Notes: generated by a model not told the origin, from the sequence alone. A stretch of 64,000 bases of DNA from Chrysomallon squamiferum (GCA_012295275.1 CM022665.1:10044001-10108000), one strand, 5' to 3'. Counted from the stretch's first letter, positions 47,464-62,588 are shown. Program-made: numbers and translations.

Positions 47464-48532
47464 TGTTACATAAGAATATTTCCATGCTAATGTTTAATAC
47501 GAAAATATACAAAAGCAAACAGATAGAGTGAAACTAATTCCCAAAACTGAATAGTTAGCGTACGTAATAGTTTCGAGTAAAAGGTTTGGAGAGATGTTCG
47601 GTGGGTTACTGACGTTTTTGCCTTTAGGTACTTTATAAATTATATTATTACAGGGAATTGTTCAGTTTTATGGAATTCCGGTTTAGCGAGGGACGATTTT
47701 CAGAAGTTTCATTAAAATAAATAAATAAATAAATAAATAAATAAATACAAAACCCACATAAAATAATTACATGAAATATAAATGATGACCATGCATCATC
47801 ATCACACGACCATTAACACTTCCTTTATTATATTATGTAATATCTAATTTATTACCATACTGAAACAGTTGTACATATTACCGCTTAGAAAATTAAGAAT
47901 AGAACAGAATGGCTAGGCCTAATTATTATTTTATTTATTTCGTATTCTTTTATTTTTAAATTTATACTGATAAAAGTTAAATTTATATAATAATAATTAA
48001 AACGAAAACTTAGAATCGCACAGTATGTAATTATCGAAATCAGTGAATTTATTTCATATTAATTAACGGTACGACATTTGTTTTAGGCTTACTGTAATAA
48101 TTCTGCGACTCTATTAATTACGTACGTTTTAATCAACAGAGACACTGATTACATCTCTTAATCTTCATTAACCATTACAAACTGAATACACACCTAGCGC
48201 CCGGGGCAATTCAGAAAGTTGTCATGCCAGTGAAATAAATGTTACATGAAGTTAACCCAACTTACTGATGTCAATTGGGGGGAAATATTTGATATAAACA
48301 CTTGGTCTAATTTCACATTCTTTCAGTGTTATTTTAAATTAAAAATAAAAATATTTTGTATTTAAATGTTTTTAAGTTTAGTAGATTTTTGAAAAAAAAA
48401 AATAAAACGTCCAGAATTTACATATCCAGTGAGTATTAAACAAATTTGAATTGCTCATATTTATCAGACGAGTTCTTCTTACTTTGGTATATGTATATAA
48501 ATGCACCACAATATACAGAAAAAATATATTAC

Positions 48533-48538
<6 letters not shown>

Positions 48539-48611
<73 letters not shown>
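48539..48611. repeat. (CT)n microsatellite
   Basis: Direct. Confidence 0.95.
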
Positions 48612-48614
<3 letters not shown>

Positions 48615-48699
48615 ATTATAAAAAAAAAAAAAAAAAAAAACGAAAAAAAAAACCATTTAGGGAAGATTCGAGGGGAAATAACTCTGGTTTAATCTAAGT

Positions 48700-48792
48700 T
48701 TCCACATCATAATGTTGTATTAAGTTTTATTAAAGGACGTTAGCGCAGCGAATATTTTCATCATTCTGAAAGTAAATTTAGAACAGGTAAGT
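48700..48792 (+). promoter_or_regulatory. Possible non-coding first exon and splice donor of a plus-strand gene divergent from TLCD copy B
   Basis: Consensus donor CAG|GTAAGT at 48787 in a CpG-containing block, upstream of the CpG-depleted domain. Confidence 0.35.
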
Positions 48793-50259
48793 GAACTATT
48801 TTTTAAAATCATAATATTTATGTTTCAATATTTCAAATATTACGTCCCTGGATATTTCCAGGACCGGTTTGTTTCTATGATGGACTATGGATTTTCGTGC
48901 TTAAATATTGTCGTATATTACAAACAATTACATTTTTATTTGTTTGTTACGAACATCAGATCGATCAAATATTATTAAAATTTGTGACCTTTTCTACGTT
49001 AATGTGAGCACTATAATTGATTTATCTGCACAGAAATAGAAACTGTTTATAAATTGTTTAAGACCACCCTACCCTTGTTAAACTACCCCTCCCATTGAAA
49101 AAAAGTTCCATTAAACTGTTCGCAATCCGAGTCCGCAGTTTTGTATAAAATCCACTATGGTGTTAACTTCTAATCTATTTCAGTCCATGAAAGTATGAAC
49201 CGTTTTAATTTTTTTTTAGCAAACAACAGCAACAACAAAAAAAACCAACAACCCCCCCCCAAAAAAACCCTGCCATTTAAAAAAATAAAAAATGATAACA
49301 ATAATATTCATATTGTTAGTCAACAGTGACTTCTGTGATGAACGTTAATACTTGATGTAGTGTAAAGAAAAACAGACTTTTTCTGTTATGTAATCCTTTT
49401 AATCTCTTACTGATATATCTCTGAATTTTAGAACTTTATGACTTGTTAAAGTTAAAATATGAAAATGAATGTAAAGTAAGACGTATTTATTAATAGGTGT
49501 ACTGAATTTTAGAAAACTTATGATTCAAAAATTAACAAAACTTAAATACTTGTCTATTGATTTACTGCATTGATTATCTCTTCTGTTATGCAACACGTCA
49601 TACAAAAAGCTGAAAACTGATAGGTAATATTTGATGTCAATATTAAGCATATAGTTCTATTATATTATTTTGATCAAACCCTTCCATATCCATTCCATGT
49701 TATACTGTATTGTTGATTTGTGGTAGAGCTTTATCTGAAGAAAAATGTACAAGAACATTTTTTTATATCATTTTTTAATATTCCAGAACTTGGTTATTAT
49801 GAAAGCCTGATCAATTACCTTACAAGTGTTCATTAAATAATTAATTCCCGAATATTAGTTTTAGAAGTATAGTTTTTCTTATTATAAATTGTTTTAACCT
49901 GTTAAATAAATGTGAAAGTAATATAAAACTTGGATTTAATTATGCTATTTTTCTTTGTTTTACTGTTATGTAAAATTTATCTATTTATTGCTTATGAATA
50001 TGATACTCACTTTAGCAAATAGTTTTATTCACGCACGCACACAGAGAACTATTTTTCTGAAGAAATTGCTTGTTTTCATTGGTGTCAGTTGTTTCTTTTA
50101 TTCACCTACACGTGTAATAACTGTTTTCATGATTTTGTTTTCTTTGTTATTAGCTGTTAACATGGCGAAGTTATATAAGTACACAAAATTCATTCCATTA
50201 CTGATATATATCACAACAAAATCAGTCAAATAATTCAGCTAAGTATATAATAACATTTA

Positions 50260-50315
<56 letters not shown>

Positions 50316-51822
50316 CTTATTATCTTCAAATCAAATTAAAACAATAATTTTGACATGTTTGTCATTCTTGGGAAGCTGAATTGCATATTGGAGAAACCAG
50401 AGGTTATGACATCACAAGTAAAAAAAAAAAAAAATTACATTTGAGTATGCTTAGCAGTAATTGTATTCTTGGAAGAAATTATCACTGAGTAATGGGATAG
50501 ATAACCTTTGAGTACTGATAAGTAAAATGCAAGCTCAGTGTAAATGTTACTGCAGCCTAACAAAGTTACCATGCAAAGTGCTGTCAGTGTTCCTGCACAC
50601 TAGTCAAAAAAAAGAAAACAACAATAACAAAGAAATAAAAGACAAGAACAAACTATTGTAATTATAATTATCCCATTATAAATATCCAGATGTCTCTTTT
50701 CTTTCTTCTTTATTTATTTATATAATTTATTTATTTACTTATTTATTTTTAATTAATTTTTAATTTTTTTTTTTTTATATATATATATATTTTTTATTAT
50801 TTAAAAAAGTTTTTTTATTTTTTTGGCTTTTTCATAAAAAAAACGCTGCAATATGTTTCAACATATGTCATTGTTATCTAAACTGTAACTGCTTATTTAT
50901 ATTATTATGAATGGAAACTTAACCCTAAATACACAATAGCCATATGGCTACATTAGCTGACAGAAGCTGATAAAATGTTTGAAAAAAAAGCTCTGGTCAG
51001 AATGTATGGTTTGATCATAATAGCTAGAATAATTCTATTTTAGATGAAAAATACTGATTTAGATAGAAGACCTACATACAGGTTAAATAAAGGAATTGGG
51101 CTAGCTGTTAATTTATTCAGTGTGTTTCCTTATTTATTTTATCTAACTTAATTCTGTCACCTAACTGAAAGAACTTTTGTTCTTCCAAGTGAATGTTTGG
51201 ATAGGGATTAGATTTCTGTTTAATGTTCTTCATTAGCCTTCTTATTATTATGATTATTATATTTTTATTCATTTATCTATCTATTTATTTATTTATTTAT
51301 TATTATTTTTTTGTCCCACCCCTCCTTAGTAAATATATTAAACCTTAATACAAAGAGATAGCTGTATATTAAAACAGTATATTTTGATACAGAACTGGTA
51401 AAATCTTCACCTAAGCAATTGTTCAGGTAGCTTCAAAATAAAGTAAAAGTACATCAGGGAATACAGCATAATTAAAATGGTAGATTATTTCTTTGAGATG
51501 TTATTGGTCCTTTGTAAGTTAAATCATTTTTGATAACAATAAGATTTTCATTCCACGTATTGTTCAGTCTTCACTGAAAGGCTGTGTATTCTCAGGTTAT
51601 TGCACTTTAGATTATTTTTGGTTCTACACAAGCTACTTGATTTTTGCCAAGTCCTTTTTTTTAAACGTTATTTTTATTTTATTTTATTTTTTTAAAGTTT
51701 TAATTTTTTATGCATTAAAGGCTCATGTTCTTTTTAACAATTATCAATGAAATTAATTACATATTACATAAAATTGTGGTTGATTTAAGCAAAACAATAC
51801 ATAACTTCAAAGAATTGTTCCA

Positions 51823-51857
<35 letters not shown>

Positions 51858-54800
51858 GTACGGATCTGTATCTAGTTTGATTATGAATATTAAAAAGAAA
51901 CAAATATATACACCAGTATATAAAAGAATTAACATTGGAATGTTAAGAAGAAAAGGAAATTAAGAAAAAAAAACCCTGTGTAAATATATCTTTACATATA
52001 TGTAAATATGTTTTCATGTTGTGCTCCCTTTTTTTTACAAGATACTGACATATTGCATGAACTTGTGATTGTTATTCATGAATCTGCAGTCATGCAGCAT
52101 GTTCATATTTCATGAAACTTGACTAGGAAATGTTAAAATTGATTTATTATTTTCTTAACCTACTGAATAGTTTTAATTAAAGTTGAAATAATATTATTTA
52201 ATAGAGAGTTTGCTTTTGAGAATCGTATTTTGCAGTGGATTAACTTTAAAAAGGATTTTGAAAATGTTAGTTTATTTTCTTATTTATTCACATAATTGTT
52301 TATTTACTTGCTTATTTACTCATATAATTGTTTATTTACTTGCATATTATAATATTTAAACACATATTTACTTACTTGCTTCTCTGTTTAGATAATTAAT
52401 TGTTAAACATAGAAATCAAACAAGAAAATAAAAGTAGGAATTAATGAATGACTCTAATTTGTGGTGTTTAGCATTAAAATATACTATCAATGATAGTGAC
52501 ATATTTTTTAATTTTATTAATCTCATATTAATTACATTCTTCCTCATTCAGGTTTTTGTGACCTAAAGGATTATTTTTTTTCCATCATGACACTATTAAA
52601 ACAGTATTAAATGAGTTTCCTGTCAGACTTCAAATAAGATATTTATGAACTGTCAGAGGCTTTGTAGAATGACACAAACATTTTATTTAAACCAGACATA
52701 AATGATTTAAAATGTTACCATGTTTGATGTATATCTTTATCTGAAACATTATCACAGTTCTTTAATATTCACTGTAGTTTTAAAGTGTAGATTCTTTGGT
52801 TTAAATGCTAAGTAAGTTTTTGTAAATTTATTTATATTTCTTTTGGTTTTGTAATGTTATTAAAATTTGTCTTTTGATTGTTTTTTATGAAATTTTTTAT
52901 TTTTATTTATTTTTCATTCATATACGTGTGTGTGTATGTTAGCATTCATACATGTGTATGTGTGGCTAGATTGATAGATACATATTTTAGTTTTTTTTCT
53001 CTATGAACGTATCGAAACAAAAACTGACACCAGTGCTTCATCAATAATTCTTCAAGAATTGCCTTTCATCTGCGGCACTGTTATTAAACTATTACTCTCC
53101 ACAAGCCAACCAGAAGCAATATAATTACGTAGCTGGACTACGTGACTGATTGTCTTAATGTCACACCATCTTAGACAAGAGGTCTGTATTCCTACATGTT
53201 CTCATAACATAGTTACCGAGATCCCAACACAATTTGATATCCTACAAATATCACATACAACAAAGATAAGCCATTCAATATAATACACGTTTAGCCTCTG
53301 TTTTCGTATTGTTTTGATTCATCCATTATTTTGCTTGTGGAAATAAGACTTTCTCTTTGTTTTTAATCTGTTCTTGTTTAACTTGTTCACCGAATCTTTG
53401 TATATTGATTTACTGTTAGTAAGTCGGTCAGTGCAGCCATTGTAAATGATCGTCTACTTAATTTTATTTGGCATTCTATTTGCAGAGAGTCCACGAGGTG
53501 GCAAAACACTGTAATGGCTTTATGCACTGGTATGCTACAGGTTTGATGATTCTTGAGACTTTTTTTCAGTGTCTGTCGAAATAAAATGTTTTTAGTTATA
53601 TGAAAAAAAAGAAAAAAAGAACTTAAAATATTCATTTACCATAAATTGAATTTAAAGAAAAAACAACCCAACTGACCAGCAATTATTGTGTTTGTGGCAT
53701 TGATAAATTTCATAACAAATTATTTCCAACTTCATCTGTACTGATAACCACAATCACATTTAGAGTAACAATTTAGAATAACAGTTTTTGAAGATGACTA
53801 ATGGTAAAGTTCTAAATAAATGAAACAAACAAATCCCTAACAACTATTTTCTGGTTCTTCAAAAATGAAATGGAAAATAAAGAATAAAAAAACAAGACAA
53901 AAATATACACCTTCCTTCCATCTACATTTTTCTACTCTCTTTTTGCATCTCTATTTCTGAAACTGTTGCATACTATTCTATATAATATTTTATCTGTCTC
54001 TTTCTTTCTTCTTTAAATAGATGCCTAAACTTATGTATTCAATATTTCTCTTCTTGTCTGTTGTATAAACACAAACAAGCTAAATTGATGAATATTTTTT
54101 GTTATTTGTTTTGTTAAGTCTTAAATATTTATATCATACACTTCATGAATATTTTCCTATAAATATATGAAGCATATGCTGTATTTATCTCCAGTTGTTT
54201 TTGCAGTAGTCACTATTTGTGATGGAATAATCAACAGTCACACTGATTTTATCAGTGTTGTATGAGAGAGAGAGAGAGTTTGATTTTGTAACAGATATAA
54301 TCATATAGGCCCACTTTCTATTGTTATACATTTCACTAGAAATTCCTTTTACTGAAAAACAGTACAAATAAAAAATCTGCTGTGAAATCAAATATCTAAA
54401 ATATACATAGAAAAGGTTAACAGATTAACCATCCATCTCTTTGACCTTTTGGAATTATTTAAAGTTAGCAGTGTTCAGTGTCTTTAATAATCTTGGAAAT
54501 TATTTGAAATTAGCAGTCTTGATCATAAAATCCTGTAAATAACATCATTTCTATGCAGTCCAGTATCCACTGCTAGATGACCAACAGTGAATAGTTGGTA
54601 GTGATGTTGGCAAATAGATCGGATTTGTTGTTTTCTGGGAAACTTGAATTACTGCTAGAGAAAATATTATTTAAAAATGTTCATTACCTTTGAAAAAAAA
54701 TTTAATAACATTTTAATATCAATTATTATTAATATTATTTCATTTCAATTTTAAAAGACTGTAAGTAATTTTGAAAAGATATTGTGAGGATATATTTTTT

Positions 54801-55941
54801 CTATACTTGTTTAAAATTTTAAAAAAAACCATCACACTGAAATGTATTACTAATTACTGTCACATTGTATTAAAAAAATATTATATCTTGCTTCACAGTA
54901 GTCATCCACTGCATTTTAAAATGTTTTATATTTTAACATTCAAAAACCCATTTACATATCAATGGGCTAATGTTCAAGACATTTCCATAACCAATTCCAT
55001 TAGTGTGATAACAATTGATCTGAAATAAATTTGATCGTTTTATTTTCACTTTTTATTTTAAAAAAAAATCATTTTGTAATTAATGGAAATGTTGGGTTTC
55101 TTTTTTCTTTTCCTTTTTTTTCTTCTACATCTCTTATAATATAAATTTACTGGCCCTTGCCACGGGTGTGAAGAATATCAGATGCAATTATGGCAACGCT
55201 GGGATGATGAATTGAAGCTGACTTCTCGTGAAATCTCAATCAAAGAGTGTTGAGGCCGTGTGTTCGTGTATTGATGGAGTAGGGCCTCTCCATGTGTTGC
55301 AGCCGTATATCTCTGTGGGCACACGTCTCATCGTTGATCAATATTCTTGTCATGTACTAGTGCGATGTACATCCACGGCATCTGGTGATCTGCACACCAT
55401 CTGAGTTGATTGTTACCAAAGTGCAACTGTAGACACCAACTTCAGCCTTGTTTGGTCATGTTTGTGTGTGCTCTGCTGCTGTTCTGTTAGATCACAGGTT
55501 CACAGCTCTGGATGGTGATTCTGTTGAGGATAATTTACTCTGAAAATATACTTGGGTAAATATTGTTGGGCTCATTTTGTGTTGTGTCTATAAAAAAATA
55601 ACAACTGTACAAACATACACAAAAAAGTATAGTAAAAAATACCCGCTTACATGTTTATGTATGTGGTTACACACACACACGTAAGAAGAAAATCGAGGTC
55701 ATTTAATAAAACTAAAGGTTTATAACAGAAACAGGTGGCAAAATGATGTAATAATATTTTTATACAAATGTTTCATTTGGTTTTATATTGAGCATTAATA
55801 TTTTTACGTCAGTTTAATAAATGTCATTGTCAATCAAATAAGAAACAAAAATGGTTAGATTAACATATTTCAACACAATAAAAATGCTAATTGAAAAGTT
55901 TTAATATATGAGTGAAAAATAAAATGAAACTAAATAAATAA

Positions 55942-56016
<75 letters not shown>

Positions 56017-56278
56017 TAATTAATTAATTAATTATAAGGATGGGTGGATGGATCTAACAACAGATATGCTAAATATCAGAGGTAATAAAACAAATTAATT
56101 TAGATTAAATCATAAATGTATATCCTAAATATTTTTGGTTATCAAACTGACATAATATTTGTTAATATTGAAAAACTACTAATTTATTATAGTGTTGGAA
56201 TACACACAAGTTGACTTTAAAAAATAAATGCTTTATTATTGTTTCCTCGTGCCTTATAGTTTGGTCTGAATGACATAA

Positions 56279-56316
<38 letters not shown>

Positions 56317-56569
56317 TAAAATACACCTGCTTATATAACAACATAACATCTATAATTTAGGTGTGTTTTTCTCACACATTCCAAGATATTTATGAAATTA
56401 ATGAAGGGGAAAAAGAAAAATGTCCTGGTGAAAAATGCCTTTCATGCCTATGTAAAAAAATGAAATGACATTCTGTACATGTATATAAATGTTTGTTTTA
56501 TAGATTTATGGATTTGCTGGGCCAGATACACGTAGATTCATTGCTTTCTGGATGAATGTGAAACAGCTA

Positions 56570-59500
56570 ATGTTTTTACTTTGCTGAACTTAATTCAGTG
56601 TTATTGTTAGTTCACACTTTTACTCTACAGAACATTATCTGTTTAAAACGTTCTTGCTTTTAGTTTTATTTCAGGGACACCGACAGAGTATTAAATGCTG
56701 TTATCAGAAATCCACATTTTTCTTAACTTGGGGTCATTTTTCAGGTAGTGGGTTTTTCAGTAATTGTGACTGCAGGGACATTTAACTCATTTCAGTTACT
56801 ATTTTATCAGTAATTAACACTTTCACTTCAGGGACATTAACAATATGCTAAGTAATGTTATTAGTCATTCACACATTTACTTTAGGGACTGACAGTATGC
56901 TAAGTAATGTTACTAGTAATTCACACTTTCTTTAGGGACGTTAACAATAAACATTATGGTAAGTAATGTTATTAGTAATTCGCACATTTACTTTAGGGAC
57001 ATTTGCAGTGTATTTAATGGTGTTTCCATTATTCTTGCTTTTTCTTGGGGATAATAGTTAATATTTTACCAGTAATTCACATTTTCACTTTAGGGACACA
57101 AAGTGATTTACAGCATGCCATGTTAACAGTTTTACTATATGGAAAACTTTACTTCAGGAATACTGTTTTAAATATTGTTATTAGAAATCCACATTTTATT
57201 GTTGGGAAACATTTTTACACCTTAATGTTTCAGGTTGTGAGTATTTCAGAAATTCTGACTTTGTGCTAGGTATTAGTAATTTACTCTTTTACATTAATTA
57301 CGGACTAAATGCTGTTTCAAGTCATACTTACTTTTGCTTGAGGACATTAATATCAAATATATTATTAATAATTAACATTAACAGTTTGCTAAGTTATATT
57401 ATCAGAAATTAAAACATTTGTTATACAGTCCATGAACCTGTTGAAATTTTCGCAGCAAACTGGTGAACCGATCCAGTGTGAATGTTTTATTACTGAGATA
57501 TCTGCAGTGTATGAATCAATTCATGTACAATTCAGATCGGAGGCTTTGTGTCCTTTTGGTGGCCATCTTTAAAAAGCTTCTTTAGATATTTTTTTCCAAT
57601 AGAAATTGGTAAAATAGCTACAACTCTCAACCAAATGTACTTACGAATATTCAGTTTGGATTATTTTGTTCTATTTAAAATTCTGCACATGTTGGTGTAT
57701 AGTTACTGAATTTTAGTAAAATTGGCAGAAAGAGGCTTGATTTGTTGTCTTTTTTGATGATATTCCTCCCAACATTTTCTTTCATTTTACGTTCAAGCAT
57801 CTTCAGGCTAATATTCTTTCTGTTTCATCCAGAGGGGTTTATGATTCCTCTGTGAAAATGGCTAAATCTAATCCTTTTGAAAATTTTGCAACTTGTACCA
57901 TGTTCTATAAAAGAGGGTCTCACTGAAACTTTCTGAATGGGACAGTAACAAAAAATACAACAAAGCTGCTATAAGACAGAAGTGGGCTCTGTGAATTGAG
58001 AAAGATGATTCAGAAGCTTTTCTTATTATGATGAAACCATTTAGATAAACATTATTCGTGTCTGCATTGGATTTATGGACCATATACAGGAAAATGGAAT
58101 GATCCCAAATTGACCAGTATGTAATCGTTCAGGGAAAATGTATTTTGTTCCTAAGCATGATAGAAATGTGTAACATAAATAACATTTCATGCATTTTTAC
58201 CACAATGAAAGTAAAATATTTTATCTGTATTATGTTGTATACCTAACATGTATGAAAATAACACAAATATTTATCTTTGTCAATGACAGAAATACTACCA
58301 TTAGGTGCTGTTTCATCATTTCTTGCTTGATTTGAGGGACATTAAATTATTAATGAGGTGTTAAATAATGTTAGCAATTAACTCTTTTTGGAACAGTTGG
58401 AGTTAAACAGTAATTGCATCCATGTCAACTAACACAGCATTGTATCAGTTTCTCTGCAGGGATATTAACAGAGTTTAATTTAACAGATACTAATGAATTC
58501 ATGGAATGATGTTATTAGTAATTCAAACTTTTTCTTTAGGGATATAACCATATACTAGGTACTTTTGCTTTTGCTTTAGGGACCTTAACAGAAATTTAAT
58601 TAATATTATCTGAAGTTCATATTTTTACTGCAGGGACTATAACAGTTTTGGTGGATAATACTTTTTTCTTTAGGGACAGTATCAATGAGTGAAGTTATTT
58701 TACCAGTAATTCTTTTTATTTAAGGGACAGAAGGAGGGTATTAGATAGTTGTTTTATTAATCCTTCGGCATTATAGACCTAGTGAAATATGAAATATCAT
58801 CAGAATTCACACTTAAAACCATTTAGTGACATTATCAGTTTATTAAGAAATGTTTTTTTACTTAAGGGAAATTAACCATGTTCTAAATTCCAAGTCAGTC
58901 ATTCTTGCTTTTGCTTCAGAGATGCTAACTGGGTGTTAAATGATGTTATAAGTAATTAACACTTTTATATCAAGAATAGTATCAATATCCTAATTAATGT
59001 TTCAGTTTTTAATTTAGGGACATTATCAACATGGTAATTAATGTTATCAGTTACTCACCCTTTTGGTTTAAAAACTTAAACAGAATGATAAATAATGTTG
59101 TTAATTAGTGATAATTTAAGAAATTTAACTGGGCTAAACACAATTGTTAGACGCTTTACTTTGGGACATTAGCAATTACAGCTGATTATGTAAAATTATC
59201 AGTAATTAAATTAACACTTTAATTAATGACATTAAAGTATGCCAATTAATGTTTTCAACTATTCACACTTTCACTTGAAGGACATTGATGAAATATTAAT
59301 AACTCATATACACTGATGCACAGAGATTAATACACTTATCTGAACTTGTTTTACTTTGGTACATTAACAATTACAGTTTATTAATATTATATAATCTCAA
59401 TAATTCCCACATTAGTGAAATTTACAGTGATACATAATTATATTAATACCACTTTAAATTTGATTGTCTGAAATTAACACTTACGCTTTAAGGTGGTTGA

Positions 59501-59600
59501 TGATGGTATTAAATGTATTTTATTTAATTCTATGTATAGACAATTGTTATCAGTAATTACTTTTAAAGTAACATTAACCACACATACACACACACACACA
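56570..59600. repeat. Old degenerate satellite, ~50-55-bp unit (approx. AGTAATTCACACTTTTACTTTAGGGACATTAACAGTATGCTAAGTAATGTTATT), interrupted at ~57420-58300
   Basis: (TT)AGGGAC core plus AGTAATT recurs at roughly 50-bp spacing, clearest at 56800-57100 and 58500-58730. Confidence 0.7.
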
Positions 59601-60701
59601 CAAAGAACTTTATATCAGTAATTAATTAAGTAAACATTATTAAAATTTTAGTGGAGTCACTGGGTTGGAACAAAAGTTCATAGCATTTTTTCAATAGATG
59701 GCATTTGAGAATGTGATTCTGTTGCACACACATGACTGAAGTATATGACACATATACATATTCTAAAATCTGAACAAAATGGCACACATGGTAGAATAAA
59801 TATGTGTACAAATATCTAAATATTATCTTTGATTTTCACTTAAAAACATCTGTTCCAGCCATTACTCTGACTAAAACATTTTACTGCTGTAAAAGTATTT
59901 GAAGGATACAGTCATTTCATTTCAAGGTCTTGCACCTTCTGGGCATTTTTAATTACAGATATATAAACAGGCATAAAAACTGAAATTTGTTGACAACATC
60001 AAGCTACTTCAATCTATAGCAGTTGATAGATGTTCTTAGGAAGACCAGCATAAATATACTAATGGTCATAATGTTATAAAAATTGCTAAGCCATCCTTAA
60101 CACCAGAGAGAATTAATCTCATACATTCTGTCATGTGGCTAGTCAAATTATGAAGAATCACTGGCTGTTATAAATACACATCATTATTATCTCTAGGAAC
60201 AGGCAGTAATTTAGTTGTTGGCGAGTTCTAGCCTGAGGCATGATTGGTTCCAGGATTAGTCTTTCTTCAGTTTTTTTTTCCTTTTGGTCTTATTTCCCAT
60301 TCTAACCAGAACTAACAATTTATCAAAGATCAGGGCATGTGCTGAGAAAAACACTTTACTCAGTTATTATTGATTAAAAAAAAAAAAAAAACCCAAAAAG
60401 AGCCAGTGGCTACAGCTGGTTTTCCTCGATCATTATCTGTAACTAAATAAATAACCCATATAACTGTAATAAAAATATGTGAAGTCTATTATTAAATTAA
60501 ATAGTTTTTCTTCCTCCCTCCTGCATGTTTAACATAATTTAATCACAGTGACCACACAGATTTCTTACTGAGACAGCTGGTATTGACAAGTGGCAGTTGT
60601 CAGTGTATTACTGTACTGTGGTATTCAGATAATTGAAACTCAAACAATGCTGTGTTTGTTCACATGGATGCAATTACTGTTTAACTCCAACTGTTACAAA
60701 A
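58386..60701. repeat. Pair of 58-bp inverted repeats (58386-58443 and 60644-60701)
   Basis: 55/58 complementary by hand alignment. Confidence 0.85.
60195..60520 (+). mobile_element. Degenerate tRNA-derived SINE copy
   Basis: tRNA-like head remnant, body TATTTCCCATTCTAACCAG...TATCAAAG...GCATGTGCT, GGTTTTCCTC, and tail CCATATAACTGTAATAAAAATATGTG...TTCCTCC; resembles gastropod SINEs from memory, not database-checked. Confidence 0.45.
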
Positions 60702-62005
60702 TATGTAATCCATGAAATACAAATAAAGTGTAGATGTCAGAGCTTGCATTTAATTCTTGTTTAAAACAGGTATCAGTAGAAAAGGGTGTCATTAATTCAA
60801 GTAGAGCAGTTCTATTTGTATCTGTTTCTGTGTGAATATGTATGAATGTATACATATGTATACATGTATTAATTGATAAAAAAGAGACAGGTTGGTTGCA
60901 GGGTTTTCTGCATTACTAAAGTAAAGTGTAGATGTTACAAATAGAAAATCAAATTTGCTTCTGTCATTTCAGTTGGTGCATGTTACTTATTGACAGACAT
61001 GCATGGAAATTGCAAATGTGCACGCGCATACATACATACAGTCATAAATATGTACACATCTGAAAAATATTGAAAAATGATTTTTTTTTTTTTAAATCAT
61101 TCTAATATAATATGAAAATCACTATGAACTTGCTAAATTTCATTATTTTCTGCTCTTAGAACAACTACCACAATTTAATATTCTTTCACAAACATGCAAT
61201 TTTTTTCATTTCCAGGAAAAATCAATAATTTGGATGATTTATTTTCTACATCAGTGTCATGTATTATTGTAACATCTCAAATTCCATTTTTCATTTTATT
61301 ATATTTTGTTGTTTGTCAAAACATAATGTCTGGTGCTAATAATGGAATGCTAACAACTAATTTGTTTTCCTCCTTTATTTTTTATTTTTTTTATTATTTT
61401 GTTTTTGTAGGCATCAAAATAAAAATAAGAACTTACGTTTGTGTTTGTAAAAAAAACTTCAGTATCGTCTGTTGTTTTCATATTCTGGATCCATTGTTTA
61501 AGAAAATGGATTTTTGTTTTACTCTAGGGAAGTGACATAATGGAATGTCTGAAGAAAAACAAGTAATATATTTCATTCTTTTTCTGTTACATACTTATAG
61601 AACTTATGTTTCATTTTATTGACTAAATTTCCTTTTGACTGATGATGTTTACGTAGATTAAAACTGAGAACATTGAAGAATAAACAGATGAGACAGTAAA
61701 AAGTTTACCTTTTTCAGCAATGAAACTGTGGATTGTTTTGCAGATGAAAGTATTTTCTTGTTGTGTTAATTTGGGATAAGAATGTGTTGATACTTAAATT
61801 TCAAAGATTTAACCTGGATAAGTATGACTGACATTACTTAACAGAAAATGTTCTGAGTCTTCAGTGTGATGACCACAGATACAACATGATTTATCTGCAA
61901 CAAAGTGTTTGATGTTTTACTAATGAATATTTTAATGATACACTAGCAAAAGGCTTTTGAACAACCAAAAATCCATTATGAATGATGACTCAGTTTTATA
62001 TTTGT

Positions 62006-62588
62006 CAAGGCTGCACCAGTTCTGGAAAAAGTCAGGGGGGAATTCAAGATCAGGTAATACTGAGGGAATTTTGGAAATAGAAATAGTTGGAATTTTGAAA
62101 CAAATTCAGGAAAATGCAGGGAAATATTGTTCAGGGAAATTTGACACAGACACAAATACACACACACACACACACACACAAATACATACATACGTATATT
62201 CATACTTACTTAAGAGGATACACAAAATCACAGATACAAGAACCGTTATTTGACTGAAGTATCAAAACGTGTTAGATTATTAATTACATATTAATATATA
62301 TATCGAAAACCATTTAATCTGAAGTTTACAGATGTATCGATAACAAGAATTGATTTGAAGCTTACAGCTATATTGATGATCTTAATTGCTGCGAACAACA
62401 TGAAACTGTGAGAGAGAATGTTAATGATCTCTGTAGTTTCATAACTAATAATGTCTGGAAAGGTGCTCGGTAATGATGTGATGTTAATAATACACAGAGA
62501 TGTTAATTTTTTTTATGTGTTTTATTTAGTCACGGGAAACTAAAGCTGAGTCAGGGAATTGTGAAATCATTTCTGACTGGCAGCTCTG
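62006..62588. mobile_element. Degenerate hAT-like non-autonomous element
   Basis: Ends CAAGGCTGCA... and ...TGGCAGCTCTG are roughly complementary; repeated (T)CAGGGAA subterminal motifs at both ends; no TSD recognisable. Confidence 0.4.

Noticed and set aside
56800-59050. Interstitial telomere array
   Set aside because: TTAGGG occurs singly within a ~53-bp unit and never in tandem
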